NCBI RefSeq assembly: GCF_006345805.1
Contig: NC_043005.1
Span: forward strand, 868,001 to 932,000
DNA from: Octopus sinensis
Lineage: Eukaryota
Length of the DNA stretch: 64,000 nucleotides
Direction of reading: 5' to 3'
Position 1 is the stretch's first letter. The number at the start of each line of letters is the position of its first letter. The position numbers and the translations under genes were made by a program. Below the pieces are notes generated by a model. That model was given only the letters and a program-made list of their open reading frames with translations, ran no database searches and had not been told where the DNA came from. Shown in pieces: positions 36,880 to 49,341 of this stretch.

Positions 36880-38050
36880 AGAGCATGCCCTCTGACCCCA
36901 GCGAAATTGATGTTCTTAATGTTCTGATTAAACTGTTACAAGTCAATACCTGCAGGGAGGAGATCCAAGGAGGCCAATATCGTAGAGAGAAAGTACTAAA
37001 CTTAATGGTTAGTGCAGAGTCTGCAGTGATTAAATACAACACAGATGATGAGAGGAGGTGACAGAAGAAGACCAGTGAGCTTGACGAACAGAGGCCATTA
37101 GTGTGTGATAGAAAAGGCACAGGAGACAATATATCTGAGGATCAGAGACTGGAGCATGTTTATGAATGATTTAATTTCAATAAGTTCAGTGGCTTTTCTC
37201 TGGATGCAGGAGCAGTATTTAGTTGTGTGTCTCACTTGAGCTTCATAGAGTATCAGCACTTGTTGAGTATCTTCTAGCCCTGAAAAGAGAAGTCCAGTCT
37301 TTGAGACACTGTCCTAGCAATGTTAAGGATGTACTTTCACCAAGAGTAATCCTTGGAGATAGTGATGCCCAACATTTGAAGGCTCTGGTTGAGTACTGCT
37401 CATGTAAATGTAGTGATGCTTTCCTGATATGAGCAGTGCTTGTGTTTTCTTGTTGAAAGACATAAGATTTACATGGTTCATTGGAGGATGCTTTCAACCA
37501 GGTAGAAGCAGCCTGACACAGCTCTTGCAGCACTATGGTAGTGCAGGGCTTGGAATTTGCCAGTATTAAACTGCATGTTATTTTCCTCAGCCTACCTGTA
37601 TATTACATCCAACTCCTGTTGCAGATGCACAACATTTCAGAGATTTTTGTATCATCTGCATAACTAGCAAGGATAGCTATCTGGGTAGCTGAGGAGATGT
37701 CTGAAAAGGTCAGTATGAATAGCAGTGGGCCAAATACAGGGCCCTGTGGGACACATTGAAAGTTACACAAACAGCTGAACTAGGTGCCACTGCATGGTAC
37801 CAAAAATCCCAACATTGCCATCAAGATACTGGACCAGATGATGCAAAGTTTGGGTTTCAAGGACCTACAGTTCTTTAGTATCTTCCCATAAAGCCTGAGA
37901 GACCTGTATTGTGTAGATGTAGATGTCTTCAAAACAAAACTGAATTTTCTCCTATCAAGAGTTCCAGATGAACCTATTTTGTGCAAGGGACACAGATGAA
38001 AGTAGCAACATCAAATTCTCTCAGTCACATATCAGTGGAGGTTTAATGAA
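36880..38050. mobile_element. Old LINE (CR1/L2-like) RT fragments in both orientations
   Basis: Minus-strand LGITISKD-like and VPQGPVFGP remnants; plus-strand VDVFKTKL..RVPDEP remnant. Confidence 0.55.
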
Positions 38051-38124
38051 AGTGTAGCAAGGCTAATAGTGGTGGCCTAGAATGGCCACTGTTCTTGAGC
38101 TGAAACTAGTAAAGAAAATAAAGA

Positions 38125-38204
<80 letters not shown>

Positions 38205-38334
38205 ATGTGATCTGATCAATCAATAAGTATCTGGACTGTTGCCATAGTAACAAAGTGAAAGCACACAGAGTAAGGCTGCTTGGCACAGATTAACATTGAA
38301 ATCTTCTGTTGTGCATGCATACTAAATTTTAATG

Positions 38335-39060
38335 TTCTGGTTCATTTCCACTGTTTACAGCAGTGCTTGGAAGGAAGGTGTGTAGCATGTGATCGTCACA
38401 TTAACCATAACAGAGGAAGTTGAGCAGAGAATCTGAATCAAATTTTGCCAAAAGCTTGGCGATACCTGCTCAGAAGCCTACATAAAGTTTTGAAAAAGTT
38501 TTCATTGTTCTCAACACAATCAAGGAAATATTGTGCAGCCCAAACCTGAGTGTCTTTTTGGTCAGCTGAAAGCAGTTTTGGCACAAACTTGGCAGACATG
38601 AGTCTCATACCCAAATCTTCAGTGATAATGGACTAAACTGAACCGTAACTAATATGCACATCCTCTGATAACTCACAGATGGTGATTCAATGATTTCCCC
38701 TCATAGCTGCATGCACATCTGAGATGTTTTCTTCAGTTCTGCTGGTTGCAGGTCTCCCAGAACATTTGTCAATATCGATATTTCTTCGGCCATCTTGGAA
38801 ACATCTGAACCACTCGTACACTTGTGTGTGAGTCATACACTCTTCTCTATACAGTTTCTGCAACTTTGCCTAGGCCATGACAACTTTCTCTGTCATGGTC
38901 GATGCAATGATCACATACTACACACCTTCCTTCCAAATACTGCTGTACACAGTGGAAGTAAGCTAGAACGATAAAACTTAGTGCGCATGCACAGCAGAGT
39001 TCAAGGTCAGTCTTTGTCGCACTCCAGCTATACAAGTCATGCATTGCATGGCCATTTTTT
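38335..39060. mobile_element. Two converging mariner-like 5' fragments
   Basis: 38340-38490 (+) matches the reverse complement of about 38800-38965; minus-strand VYEWFRCFQDG and AKFVPKLL motifs. Confidence 0.65.
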
Positions 39061-39949
39061 ATATAAATCAAAAATAAATTTGATGACATAATTTATTTGT
39101 TACTCTGTCAAAAAGTCTTCAAAATTATTGAAAATGAAACTAAGTAGTTAATTTTCTTTGAAAAGACATCAACTGCAATATAAACATAGCATTAGTTGGA
39201 TTATTGAAGATAGCTCTATTCTAACCTTATTTCCCATCCCGTTAAAAATAGCTTCAAAATCTTACAATGTTAAAAATGCATAATGGCACTTGTCTTTGGT
39301 CTCCTTTTGTAATCGGTGTCCAGAAAGACTAATCATATGGTTGAATGGATTTGACCGTTTGACCTCTGTCTAAAAATAAAAGCCCTTTCAAAATTCTTTG
39401 TTAGTCAGATCCAAAGTTTTGATAACCAACAAAATTATTTTCTCTTTGATATTTAATGTTTATTGTTACGTTGCTGAACTTTTTTTTATCTATCCCATGT
39501 AAGTTAAAATTTTTCCCTTTTGACCAGGGTCTTTCATTGCTTTGTTGATTTATTAAGATTATTTTCCATTTTATTCAAATTGACTTTCAATTCAAGCACA
39601 CATGCGTGCAGATATTTCTTTTATAAAATCTTTTGAACTTATGTCAATCTTATGTCAATTGAAAAAGATTTACTTCAACAACTGATTAAGATAGACGACT
39701 TCTATAACAATGTAACAAATATATTTGACCTGAAAGATCAAAGAATTTATATATAAATGAGGTATGTAAATAATAATTTTTGGTACATCTTTAAAAAAAA
39801 ATTTAAATGCATTAAAGCATCAACTATCATGGGCATGTTATGAAACTAATTTGGTTCTCTTAATTAAACAATTTTAGAAAATGAATTAGCTCAACCAATA
39901 AGTATGAATGTGGGTTGAAACATTCTATGAAGGAGTGCCACTAGAAATC

Positions 39950-41580
39950 TTGCCTGCATTCATTTCAGCTCTGCATATTTATAACTGCATTGTTTCCTTG
40001 CAAGTAAACTGACACCTGACTGTTCAGAAAAGACTTCAAAAGTAACTAGTTGCAACTTCTCTTGAAAATCAATCAAATTTGGCATCGTAGTGTTATCACA
40101 AATCTTCAGAAAAAGGCTTTAGCCCACAAGGACGTTCATGCTGAAATGGTTTCTGCATTACCGGATGATGCTTAAGCTTTATCAACAGTGTAAAAGTAGA
40201 CAGTTAAATTTAGGAGGAGAAGGGAGAGTCTTGAAAATGACCCAAGGTCTGGATGCCCCACAACTGCCACCACCGAGGAAAACATTGTGTTCACCATCAT
40301 CATCATTGTTCGACTGTGGTCGAGAAAATGGAATTTACTATGCTACGCCAGACTTCACGGTCCATCATAGCATTACGGAGGTCCTGTTGCTGGATGCCTG
40401 TATCCCTGGAGATTATATCAGGGTAGGAGAGTGTGCACCCTCTGGTATCACGAGTAGATGGCTTCCAGAGAAGAAGAGCAGAAATTACCTCGTTTTCAGC
40501 TCTACAACAATGTCCAGCAAACTGGACTCTTCTACCTTTCACAAGAGATGATACAGGTAGTAGTTTCCCATATATTTGCACTTTGGTTGGATGACGCTTC
40601 CACGAGAGATTTTGAGCTCTCATTAGGAGGCGAGTGTAAGTGCCATCCAACCGCCTCTCAAGCTTCTTTGATAACGTCCAGGTTTCTGAGCCATATAGTA
40701 GAATTGGTTTGATTGTGGTTTTGAAGCTTTTAAGTTTGAAATCTCTACTTAGATTTGATGACCTCCACATGTGTTCACCACATGTTGACGGATAACAGGC
40801 AATTGACTATAAATCAAATAGCCAATATTATTGGCATATCCTGTGAAGAGAGTATTCTGCACAATGAACTTGGCATGATGAAAGTTCATGCTTGATGGGT
40901 TCCATGACTTCTGACACCTGATCAAATGCACACCAGGTTGGTCACATGACTGGAAAATCGGACATTGTTTGACACAGATCCAGCCAGTCTTCTTGAATGT
41001 ATCCTAACGCATGATGAGCGTTAGGGTCATCACTTTAAGCCAGAGACAATCAGTGCAGAGGAAACGCCCCTCGCCTGCTTGATAGAAAGCCAAGGTTGTT
41101 TCATCTGCAGGGAAGGTCATGGCCTTAGTTATTTGGTATGCAAAAGGTGTTGTGTTTATTTACCTCTTCCAAAGGGCCATATCATCAATGCAATGTACTA
41201 TGCCAACATGCTGGGGCAGTTACAAAACGCCCAGCAAAACTGATGGAAGGGGTCCTCCTTTGTCAGGACAATGCTCCAGCACACATCCTTGGTTTCAATG
41301 GCTGCTATGCATGAATGACTTCTAACTAGTTGCTCACCATCCCCTATTCTCTTGATTTGGCTGTCTGTCTGTCATCTGTTTGCTAACATGAAAATGCACG
41401 GCTAGGAACCAGTATCACTATGATGAGGTCATATCTGCTGTTGATAAATTTTTGGTGCCCAGGAAGAAAGTTTTTCACCAATGGGCTCCAAGCACCGCAG
41501 CATCATTGTAAGAAGTGTAGGGACTACAAGTGTGGGAGGGGGGGTCTATGTTGAAAAATAAACCTTATTTGGTCACATTT
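39950..41580 (+). mobile_element. Degraded mariner transposon interrupted by a LINE fragment
   Basis: DDPRSG.P.TATTEENI-, WVP.LLT-, SAGKVMA.V.W.AKG- and HHPYS.DLA-like motifs with stops. Confidence 0.8.
40297..40769 (-). mobile_element. 5'-truncated RTE/RTE-X-type LINE fragment with 11-bp TSD
   Basis: ORF ILLYGSETWTL...VQFAGHC; (ATG)n tail; TSD TGTGTTCACCA at 40286-40296 and 40770-40780. Confidence 0.85.
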
Positions 41581-41699
41581 CATCTTTTCAATCAACCCTT
41601 GTATTTATTGCATGACCAACTTCAAGAGTCACCGCATGCCACTGATATGTGTGTGTATGTGTAAAAAAAAATCATTGATAGGGTATTACCCAACCTTAA

Positions 41700-42395
41700 G
41701 TCTAAAAGTAGGTTAGCCTCTGGTTTGATACCCAAGAGGTGGTTGGATGGTTTAAGCTTCTAGAAATTAGTAAGAATAGTAAATTCTTGCTATAGAAAAC
41801 TATTAACCTGATTGTTGTTAATCAAGCCCTGATTTATGGCATGAAAAATTCCAATTTGTCCCAACACGAAATAGATATTATACTTGCCGTGCAAACCACT
41901 CTAGTAGATTTCGATGGTAGATTATGGTGTAGATTAGATGGGGAAAATGCATTTGATATAGAAATGGGCTCACATTCTGCTCAGGCCAGTGACCTAGTCA
42001 GAATATATATCCTTTCATTAATCCAGTCTTCCTTTCTGGAATAAAGTCTGTATAGGGGTAATGCTTTATTTTTTCTGGACAGAAGCAACAAAGTACAGTT
42101 AGAAAACATAGGAAAAATTTCTTTAAAGTTTTCAAAAATTTAGGACTAAATATTACTATGGGTAAAGATTATCGTAGAGTGAATTTTCTTGATGCTACCT
42201 TCTGTCTTGATACTGAATTATTTGAACGATTTCATATGCCAAATAATCATATTTAGTACATTAACGTAGCATCCAACCATCCAACCTCGATTATATGGGG
42301 ATTAGTTAAGGATATTTCTACAAGAATTTCTAGATTTTCTGTTAATAATAAAATTTTTGAATCACATGCAACTTCTTATAATGCTGCTCTAGCTA
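41700..42395 (+). mobile_element. Penelope-like RT remnant
   Basis: FDIEMGSH..SDLV.IYILS, LYRG, VNFLDATF and YINVASNHPTSII motifs. Confidence 0.7.
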
Positions 42396-42749
42396 GGGCT
42401 GGGTTATGTGAAAAAATTCAGTATATACACGAAGCAGGCATACACAACACTGGTAATTCATCCAACTGTGATACGCATTGTACACCACCACAATGTCACG
42501 GTTTGAGAACTCACTCATATAAGGAATACAGACGAAGAAGAATTGTTGGAAGTATAAATAATTTGAATAACATCTGCATTTGACTCCATTTCTTAATTTA
42601 TCTATGTCATACAAAAATATTTCACTTAACCCTGGAATTGGTACCTTTATGAGTAGGCTGTAATATCCTTGGCACTCGTGAATTTTTGCTACCCTAGTAA
42701 CTGTTTTTTTCCGTGTTATTTGTATACATTGAAAAAATACACACACGTG

Positions 42750-42995
42750 ACACGTAAAAAGCACCAACTAATTGTGGCCGTTTGCCAGCCTCCTCTGGCC
42801 ACTATGTCGGTGGCATTTAAAAAGCACCCACTACACTCACGGAGTGGTTGGCGTTAGGAAGGGCATCCAGCAGTAGAAACACTGCCAGATCAGACTGGAG
42901 CCTGGTGCAGCCTTCTGGCTTCACAGACCCCGGTTGAACTGTCCAACCCATGCTAGCATGGAAAACGGACGTTAAACGATGATGATGATGATGCA
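42750..42995 (+). mobile_element. RTE 3' tail fragment
   Basis: Conserved tail motifs and (GAT)n. Confidence 0.8.
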
Positions 42996-43231
42996 TGTGT
43001 GTGTATATATGTGTGTGTGTGTATGGGGAAAGTAAGAAGAAAAAAGCGAAAATGCACATTGAATATAAAAAAATAAAGGCTTTTTTATGAAAAGTAGCGA
43101 TAAATAAATACAATTAGATGAACTGAGATAGAATTAAGAGGAATTAAATTCATTATTTTGAATTGTTAAAAAGATTCAAAGTTAAACTGGTGTCAGCATA
43201 GCTGTTCACTCGCTTTGGATGTGTGTGTGTG

Positions 43232-43267
<36 letters not shown>

Positions 43268-43897
43268 TATGTGTTTATGTCCCTGTAACTTAGCGGTTCG
43301 GCAAAAGAGACCGATAGAATAAGTTCTCGACTTACTAAGAATAAGTCCTGGAGACGATTTGCTTGACTAGAGGTGGTGCTCCAGCATGGCCGTAGTCAGA
43401 TGGCTGAAACAAGTAAAAGTGTGAGTGTATTGAGTATGATGTTAGATTAGGACCAGCCTGTGCTCAGTCCTTCTGTATGTTAGTCTGTGTGGTTGGTGTA
43501 GTACAGAGGACCTGGGAGCTAAACTAGGTACAAGTGGAATGAATAGGAGCATGCAAGAGTGTAGAGTGTGTTGCTACCGGGACTTGATGTGTACGAAGGA
43601 TATAACAAGATGACAGATGGGTGTAGAAGTGTTGTGGGGATTTGGGTGGAAAGAAACTATTGAAGGGGAACGCTAAGGAAGACTTGGGTGATAAAACTGA
43701 TCTCAGGAAGCTGAACTTCACGAAGATGATAAAGAAACACTGTCTGTGTTGTCTTGTCCCTCCTTTGTGACAAAAGGCAAGGCACTGTGTTGGAAAGCAT
43801 GTAAAAATGATGATGATATATATGTGTGTGTGTGCGTATATTCTTAAATTTACCAGCAAAATCTTCATGTTGGGTGACTTGTTAACCCAACATGCTG

Positions 43898-43929
<32 letters not shown>

Positions 43930-45674
43930 CAATATAATAAATCTGCAACCCTACTACTAAAAGGTGTTGCTCCAACTTGGCCACAGGTCTAATGCCTGAA
44001 ACCAGTAAAAGAAGCATATGTGTCATACAGTAAACCCCAACAAATTAGTTTATGGGATGGGTGGTATGGATGATAGCTTATCCTTAACCTTTTAGCATTT
44101 ATACTGGTCATTTAAGGCCCTGTTTTAACGACTTGTAGGGCCTCCATCTCAGAAGCATATGTATTTTAGATAGTGCCTGTAAATGAACGACCCAGTCCAC
44201 CTAGCTGTTAATAGGTAGTGCAGTGTAGAGGACAAACTCACAGCTTTAAAAGTGTTAGAATTGATGAGATTGTTTACTTGTTTGTAGAGCAGGGTTCAAC
44301 CTGTACTGCAGGTCATAGAGATCAGGATCACTTCATATGGTTATTGGAGTAGTGGCACCAGTTGAGAGCATTTTCTCTACTTTGTGTTGAGTGCATTCTG
44401 TGGATGGCAATTATAGCACTAAAGTTCAAGATAACTAGCTGATGCAGAGTCAGTGGCTTGCATCCTGTACACTGGCCATCATTTCATTGTGTTCAAGACA
44501 CTCACAAATGACTTGGTTTGTCTGCTTATAAGTAAAAATTCACTGTTGGAAGCAGTGGGTTAGATTATAGCCTATTGGGTTCTGGACAACTATATTACTA
44601 CTCTTGTTGTTTCTAGCAGAAGGGGCTGAAACAAAAGGCTCAGAGTAATATGAAGGGGAAGGACTGGATAATATGTATTAAATAGGGTTCCTTTCCCCAC
44701 CAGATTTATTTTGATTTTATCATGATTTTTCAAAAAGAAAACAAAAAAAAACTCATACTTATATTTTACAATTAACTCCCTCTTCCCTAAATTTTAACTG
44801 AATAAAAATTGCTTTAAGGAGAGAATTTATTCATATTTTTTAAAAAATCAAATAATTTATCATTTCGAAAATGGTAAATATCTTTTTTTTTATTTATAAA
44901 ATATATTTTTAAATTCAATACCAGTTCAAATATGTTGGGAATATATTCAAACCTACAAGAAAGCCATTCCATGTGTTTTGTCATGGAGAAAATTTCTTGC
45001 TATTGACAAAATTTTTAAATGTTAGAAACCCCCTTTGTCCCACAGAACCCTTGGAATTTTTTTCCATAGAACCTAGTCTAAGAAATTCTTGCAATAAGGC
45101 ATTCATTCAGTGTTTCGAATTACTTATTCTACCAGACACAAAGCTCCTATGCTGTCACTGAACCACTCAACATGCTAGAAATAGCAATTAAATCTCTTTC
45201 AAATTACACTTTACTTTTTTTTTTCAAAATCCTATTGGATTGTCCTAGGCACACTGTTTGTTAAAAGATCGGAGGATGGTCAGTATTGGAATGTCTTTGA
45301 CCATAAGGTGTGCTCAATCTGGGATGACTTGTGGCTAAACAACAACTCTGCCACATCTGTCACTAAATTATTAATTAGTTACATTAATTAAAAAGGTAAA
45401 AATTTTTGTTGTTGTTTTGTTTTGGCATTTCAATTATATCAAAGGCATGGTTTTTTTAAGGGACAGTAAAACAGATAATTAATTAAAGCCTGTTCGTGTT
45501 GTTTATGTTCAACAGTGTGTGTGTGGACTTAATTTGAATTTTGATATATTTTCTTGTCTTCCCTCACACATGATGAGGTCTTTTGACAATCAAATTCTAC
45601 CTCCTTAATAATTTCTCATTTGTTATGTTTTCATCTAGTTTTCTGTATGGTGTGTTCTTTCTGTTCAACCCTTG

Positions 45675-45683
45675 ATTTATATA

Positions 45684-45715
<32 letters not shown>

Positions 45716-45761
45716 AATATATGTGTATATGTATATATATATATATATGTATATATATAAA

Positions 45762-45803
<42 letters not shown>

Positions 45804-45833
45804 AATATGTATATATGTATATATATATATGTG

Positions 45834-45865
<32 letters not shown>

Positions 45866-46023
45866 CATACATACACACACACGTGTATGTATGCATTTCT
45901 ATGTATATGTATGCATATGTATGTATGAACATATATGTGTATTTGTATATATGTATGTGTATATGTATATATATATGTGTCGGTGTGTGTATCTATATAT
46001 GTATGTATATATATATATATATA
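45675..46023. repeat. Compound (TA)n/(TATG)n microsatellite
   Basis: Directly visible. Confidence 0.95.
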
Positions 46024-46024
46024 T

Positions 46025-46380
46025 CATCCGAGCGTGGCCGTCTGCCAGCCTTGTCTGGCACCTGTGTCGGTGGCACATAAAAAACACCATCTGAGCGTGG
46101 CCGTCTGCCAGCCTCGTCTGGCACCTGTGTCGGTGGCACATAAAAAACACCATCCGAGCGTGGCCGTTTGCCAGCCTCGTCTGGCACCTGTGTCGGTGGC
46201 ACATAAAATCACCCACTACACTCTCGGAGTGGTTGGCGTTAGGAAGGGCATCCAGCTGTAGAAACACTGCCAGATCTGACTGGACTGGTGCAGCTTTCGG
46301 GCTCCCCAGACCCCAGTTGAACCGTCCAACCCATGCTAGCATGGAAAGCGGACGTTAAATGATGATGATGATGATGATGA

Positions 46381-46385
<5 letters not shown>
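46025..46385 (+). mobile_element. RTE 3' tail with three ~60-bp subrepeats, embedded in (TA)n
   Basis: CATC(C/T)GAGCGTGGCCG...GTCGGTGGCACATAAAA x3, then the conserved tail. Confidence 0.85.
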
Positions 46386-46437
<52 letters not shown>

Positions 46438-46984
46438 TATGTATTGATTAAGTCTTTCCTTGTTTGATTTGCAAAATAGTAGTTTTGTCTCGAATTAATA
46501 TTATATATATATATATAATTTTTCAAGTGAACACACAATTGCTGATTTTGCAACAAGTAAAAATGTTCTAAAATCTCTCTAAGAGATCAATGCAGTGGTT
46601 GTAGCCACCTTAACATGGATTTTACTGCGATTTTTTTAAAACCCTAAGAGGACATATCTTCTAACTGGTTAACGATGCACGGCTGCATCTGATAAAATTG
46701 TGAGCAGGGGAGTGAACACCTACCACCTCCTAGTGATGGGACCACAGCTGTGCATTATCAACCAGCTAGAGGAGATGTTCTCTTTGAGTGCAAAAATTGC
46801 AGTATAGTCTGCTTGAATGGACAGCCATGTTAAGGTGGCTACAAATCTTACTTCTCATTACAACTACTGTGTTGATCTCTTAGATTTTAGAAATAGGTTT
46901 TGAGTTTTGTGATCAATGAGCCATTGTCTTTTAAACAATCTTGTTCAACATTACCTGTTACTCTTAAAAGTATATGTATGTATA

Positions 46985-47300
46985 TCATCATCGTTTAGCG
47001 TCCGTTTTCCATGCTAGCATGGGTTGGACGGTTCTACTGGGGTCTGAAGCCAGAAGGCTTCATCAGGCCCAGTCAAATCTGGCAGTGTTTCTATGGCTGG
47101 ATGCCCTTCCTAATGCCAACCACTCCGTGAGTGTAGTGGGTGCTTTTTACGTGCCACCCGCACAGGTGCCAGACAGAGCTGGCAAACGGCCATGAACGGA
47201 TGGTGCTTTTTATGTGCCGCCGGCACGAGACCAGTTGGGGCGGTGCTGGCAACGGTCGCGAAACGGAAGGTTCTCTTACATGCCATGATAGCATGGGTAG
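46985..47300 (-). mobile_element. RTE 3' tail fragment
   Basis: Reverse complement of the conserved tail. Confidence 0.8.
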
Positions 47301-47479
47301 GACAGTTTGATGGGGTTCAGTGGGTTCAAGTATTATGCCTTGCTCTAATATTTCATATTTTTTTATGGTTTCTGTGGCTGGTGTGAACTTCCTTATACCA
47401 ACCACTTCACAGAGTATACAGAAATAGCTTTTTCTTTTTTATGGTACCAGCACTATAGAGGTTAACTTAAGGAAACTAC

Positions 47480-48400
47480 TGGACATTTTTTGTGGCACCA
47501 GCACTGTTTAGGTCACCTAGCAATGCGAAAAAAGATCTCTCAAGATGCAAGGAAAAGATTTATTGTGAGAGAATGGTAATGGAGAGAATAACAGAAGGAA
47601 CTGTGTAAGACTAATGGATGCAGAGGAGAGGGAAAGAGTAATGTTAGGTATTAGTGTGAAGGAGACAAAATGGTTATAGAATGGGTTGAGTAATGCCACG
47701 CCAGTATGGGTTGACAGAGTGTGATAGGGAAAAGACTAACAAAGACAGTATTAGATAAAGTGGTTGGTGAGAGGATAGAGAGGTGATGGGGGTGTACTAC
47801 ACTGTTACACATGGGTGAGTAATGGGAGGGACAGGTAAAGTTAGTGGGATTTGAGGGAGGGAGTCAGAATAATAATGGAGATGTAGTGCTAGCTTACATT
47901 ATATATGGATGGTTAGAGTGGTTTGTGGAGGAAAGATTAGGTGATAAAGTGGGGCCATGGCATATCTTCAAGATAACATTTGCAAGAGATCATGGTGACT
48001 GAAAAATCAGTGATGGTGGGTAAAAGTTGCCAGAGTGCAGCCCCTCCCTATTCAAGCATCATGATATGAGAGGAAGGAGGGGAGCAGGATATATGTATGG
48101 AGGTATGGAGAAGGGGAGATATTCAGTATGCAAAAAGTGGATAATTTCCTCTCAGTTATTGGAGGCATGGCACAGTGAGTAGAAGAGATAAGTGGATACA
48201 GAATAGATACAAATTGTTTGGAGAATAGATGATGGAATGGGATGTAGATATAAAATGGGCAGCAGACAGTGTGCGCAAGTACAGAATCATAGTTAAGGGA
48301 AATCATGGTGTATGCATTAAATTGTACTGGAGGTTGAACCTTCTACAGTATCCTGAATCATCAGTGGAATCCATCAGTTACCATTTTCATTAGCTATAAC
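47480..48400 (-). mobile_element. Highly degraded Penelope-like RT remnant
   Basis: Purine-rich + strand; weak similarity to Penelope RT motifs only. Confidence 0.35.
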
Positions 48401-48479
48401 ATCTTGACATAATTTTCCACATTTCCCCGAGTCTCCCATTCACATCACATGCCCCATCACAAGTGCAGTCTCCTTTTAC

Positions 48480-49340
48480 CTACTAAATCTGCTGCTTGTT
48501 TGCTTCTCATTTCATGCACACTTACATGGCACCTGCTTGCCTCATTTCTTTCTAGTCTTTGCATTTATAAGCCATTCTTGCTGCTATGTACAGTGCACTT
48601 TGCACGCAAGCATCATATAATTTAGCTTTCATCGTGAAAAGTAAGCTCTTCTTGTTGCCACTAGAGATAATAGTTCTTTAAACTATATCCAATGTTATCT
48701 TATTCTAGCTATCACATTTTCAAAACAGCCACCCCTGTTGCTAGTTTAGTCACCTAGATAACAAAAGCAGTCTAAGCATTTGAGAGTGTTCCCAAGTGCT
48801 TACTGCCCCAGTTCACATGAAATCTATCTTCTTGGTCCACCCATCTGTGATCCCAGTACACCTTTTGTGTGTCCAGACCCTTCAGTTCTATATTATACTT
48901 CCATATGTGGAATTTCTGCTCCAGTTCTTCTGAATTTGCTATAAGAGTTAGGTCATTAAAATATTGTGTTCCTAAGGGCAGCCTGTCCTAAATACCTCTG
49001 GCATGGCTTGGAGGAGTGAGAGAAATTGGAAGCGACCGAGAACTGAGTCCTGATGTGCTTCCACCAACATACTAAATTCACCACTGAACTATTTTGCTGA
49101 TTTTCATCTTGCTGACTGCCCTTTGTATTTAACTTGTGTGGTCCTCAGAAATCGTTCATCTATTCATAGTTTCCTAAGTGATCACTAAATTATAGTATGA
49201 GGGACCTTGTTAAAGGCGTTCCATAGCTTGACAAACACTAGGTATAGGGGTTTATTCAGTCATACATTTGTCTTGCAGTTGTCTCATAACTTTACACCTC
49301 TTCCTAGAAAAATGCCAGATTGCCTTTCATCTAAATATAC
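48480..49340 (-). mobile_element. Old RTE remnant
   Basis: Degenerate KP.YL.FV...KAF and LLFTMKA-like segments. Confidence 0.5.
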
Positions 49341-49341
49341 C

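Noticed and set aside
45597-46342. Multiple YI/CV-rich ORFs (also 1211-1515, 4229, 26648, 38077)
   Set aside because: These are translations of TA/TG microsatellites.
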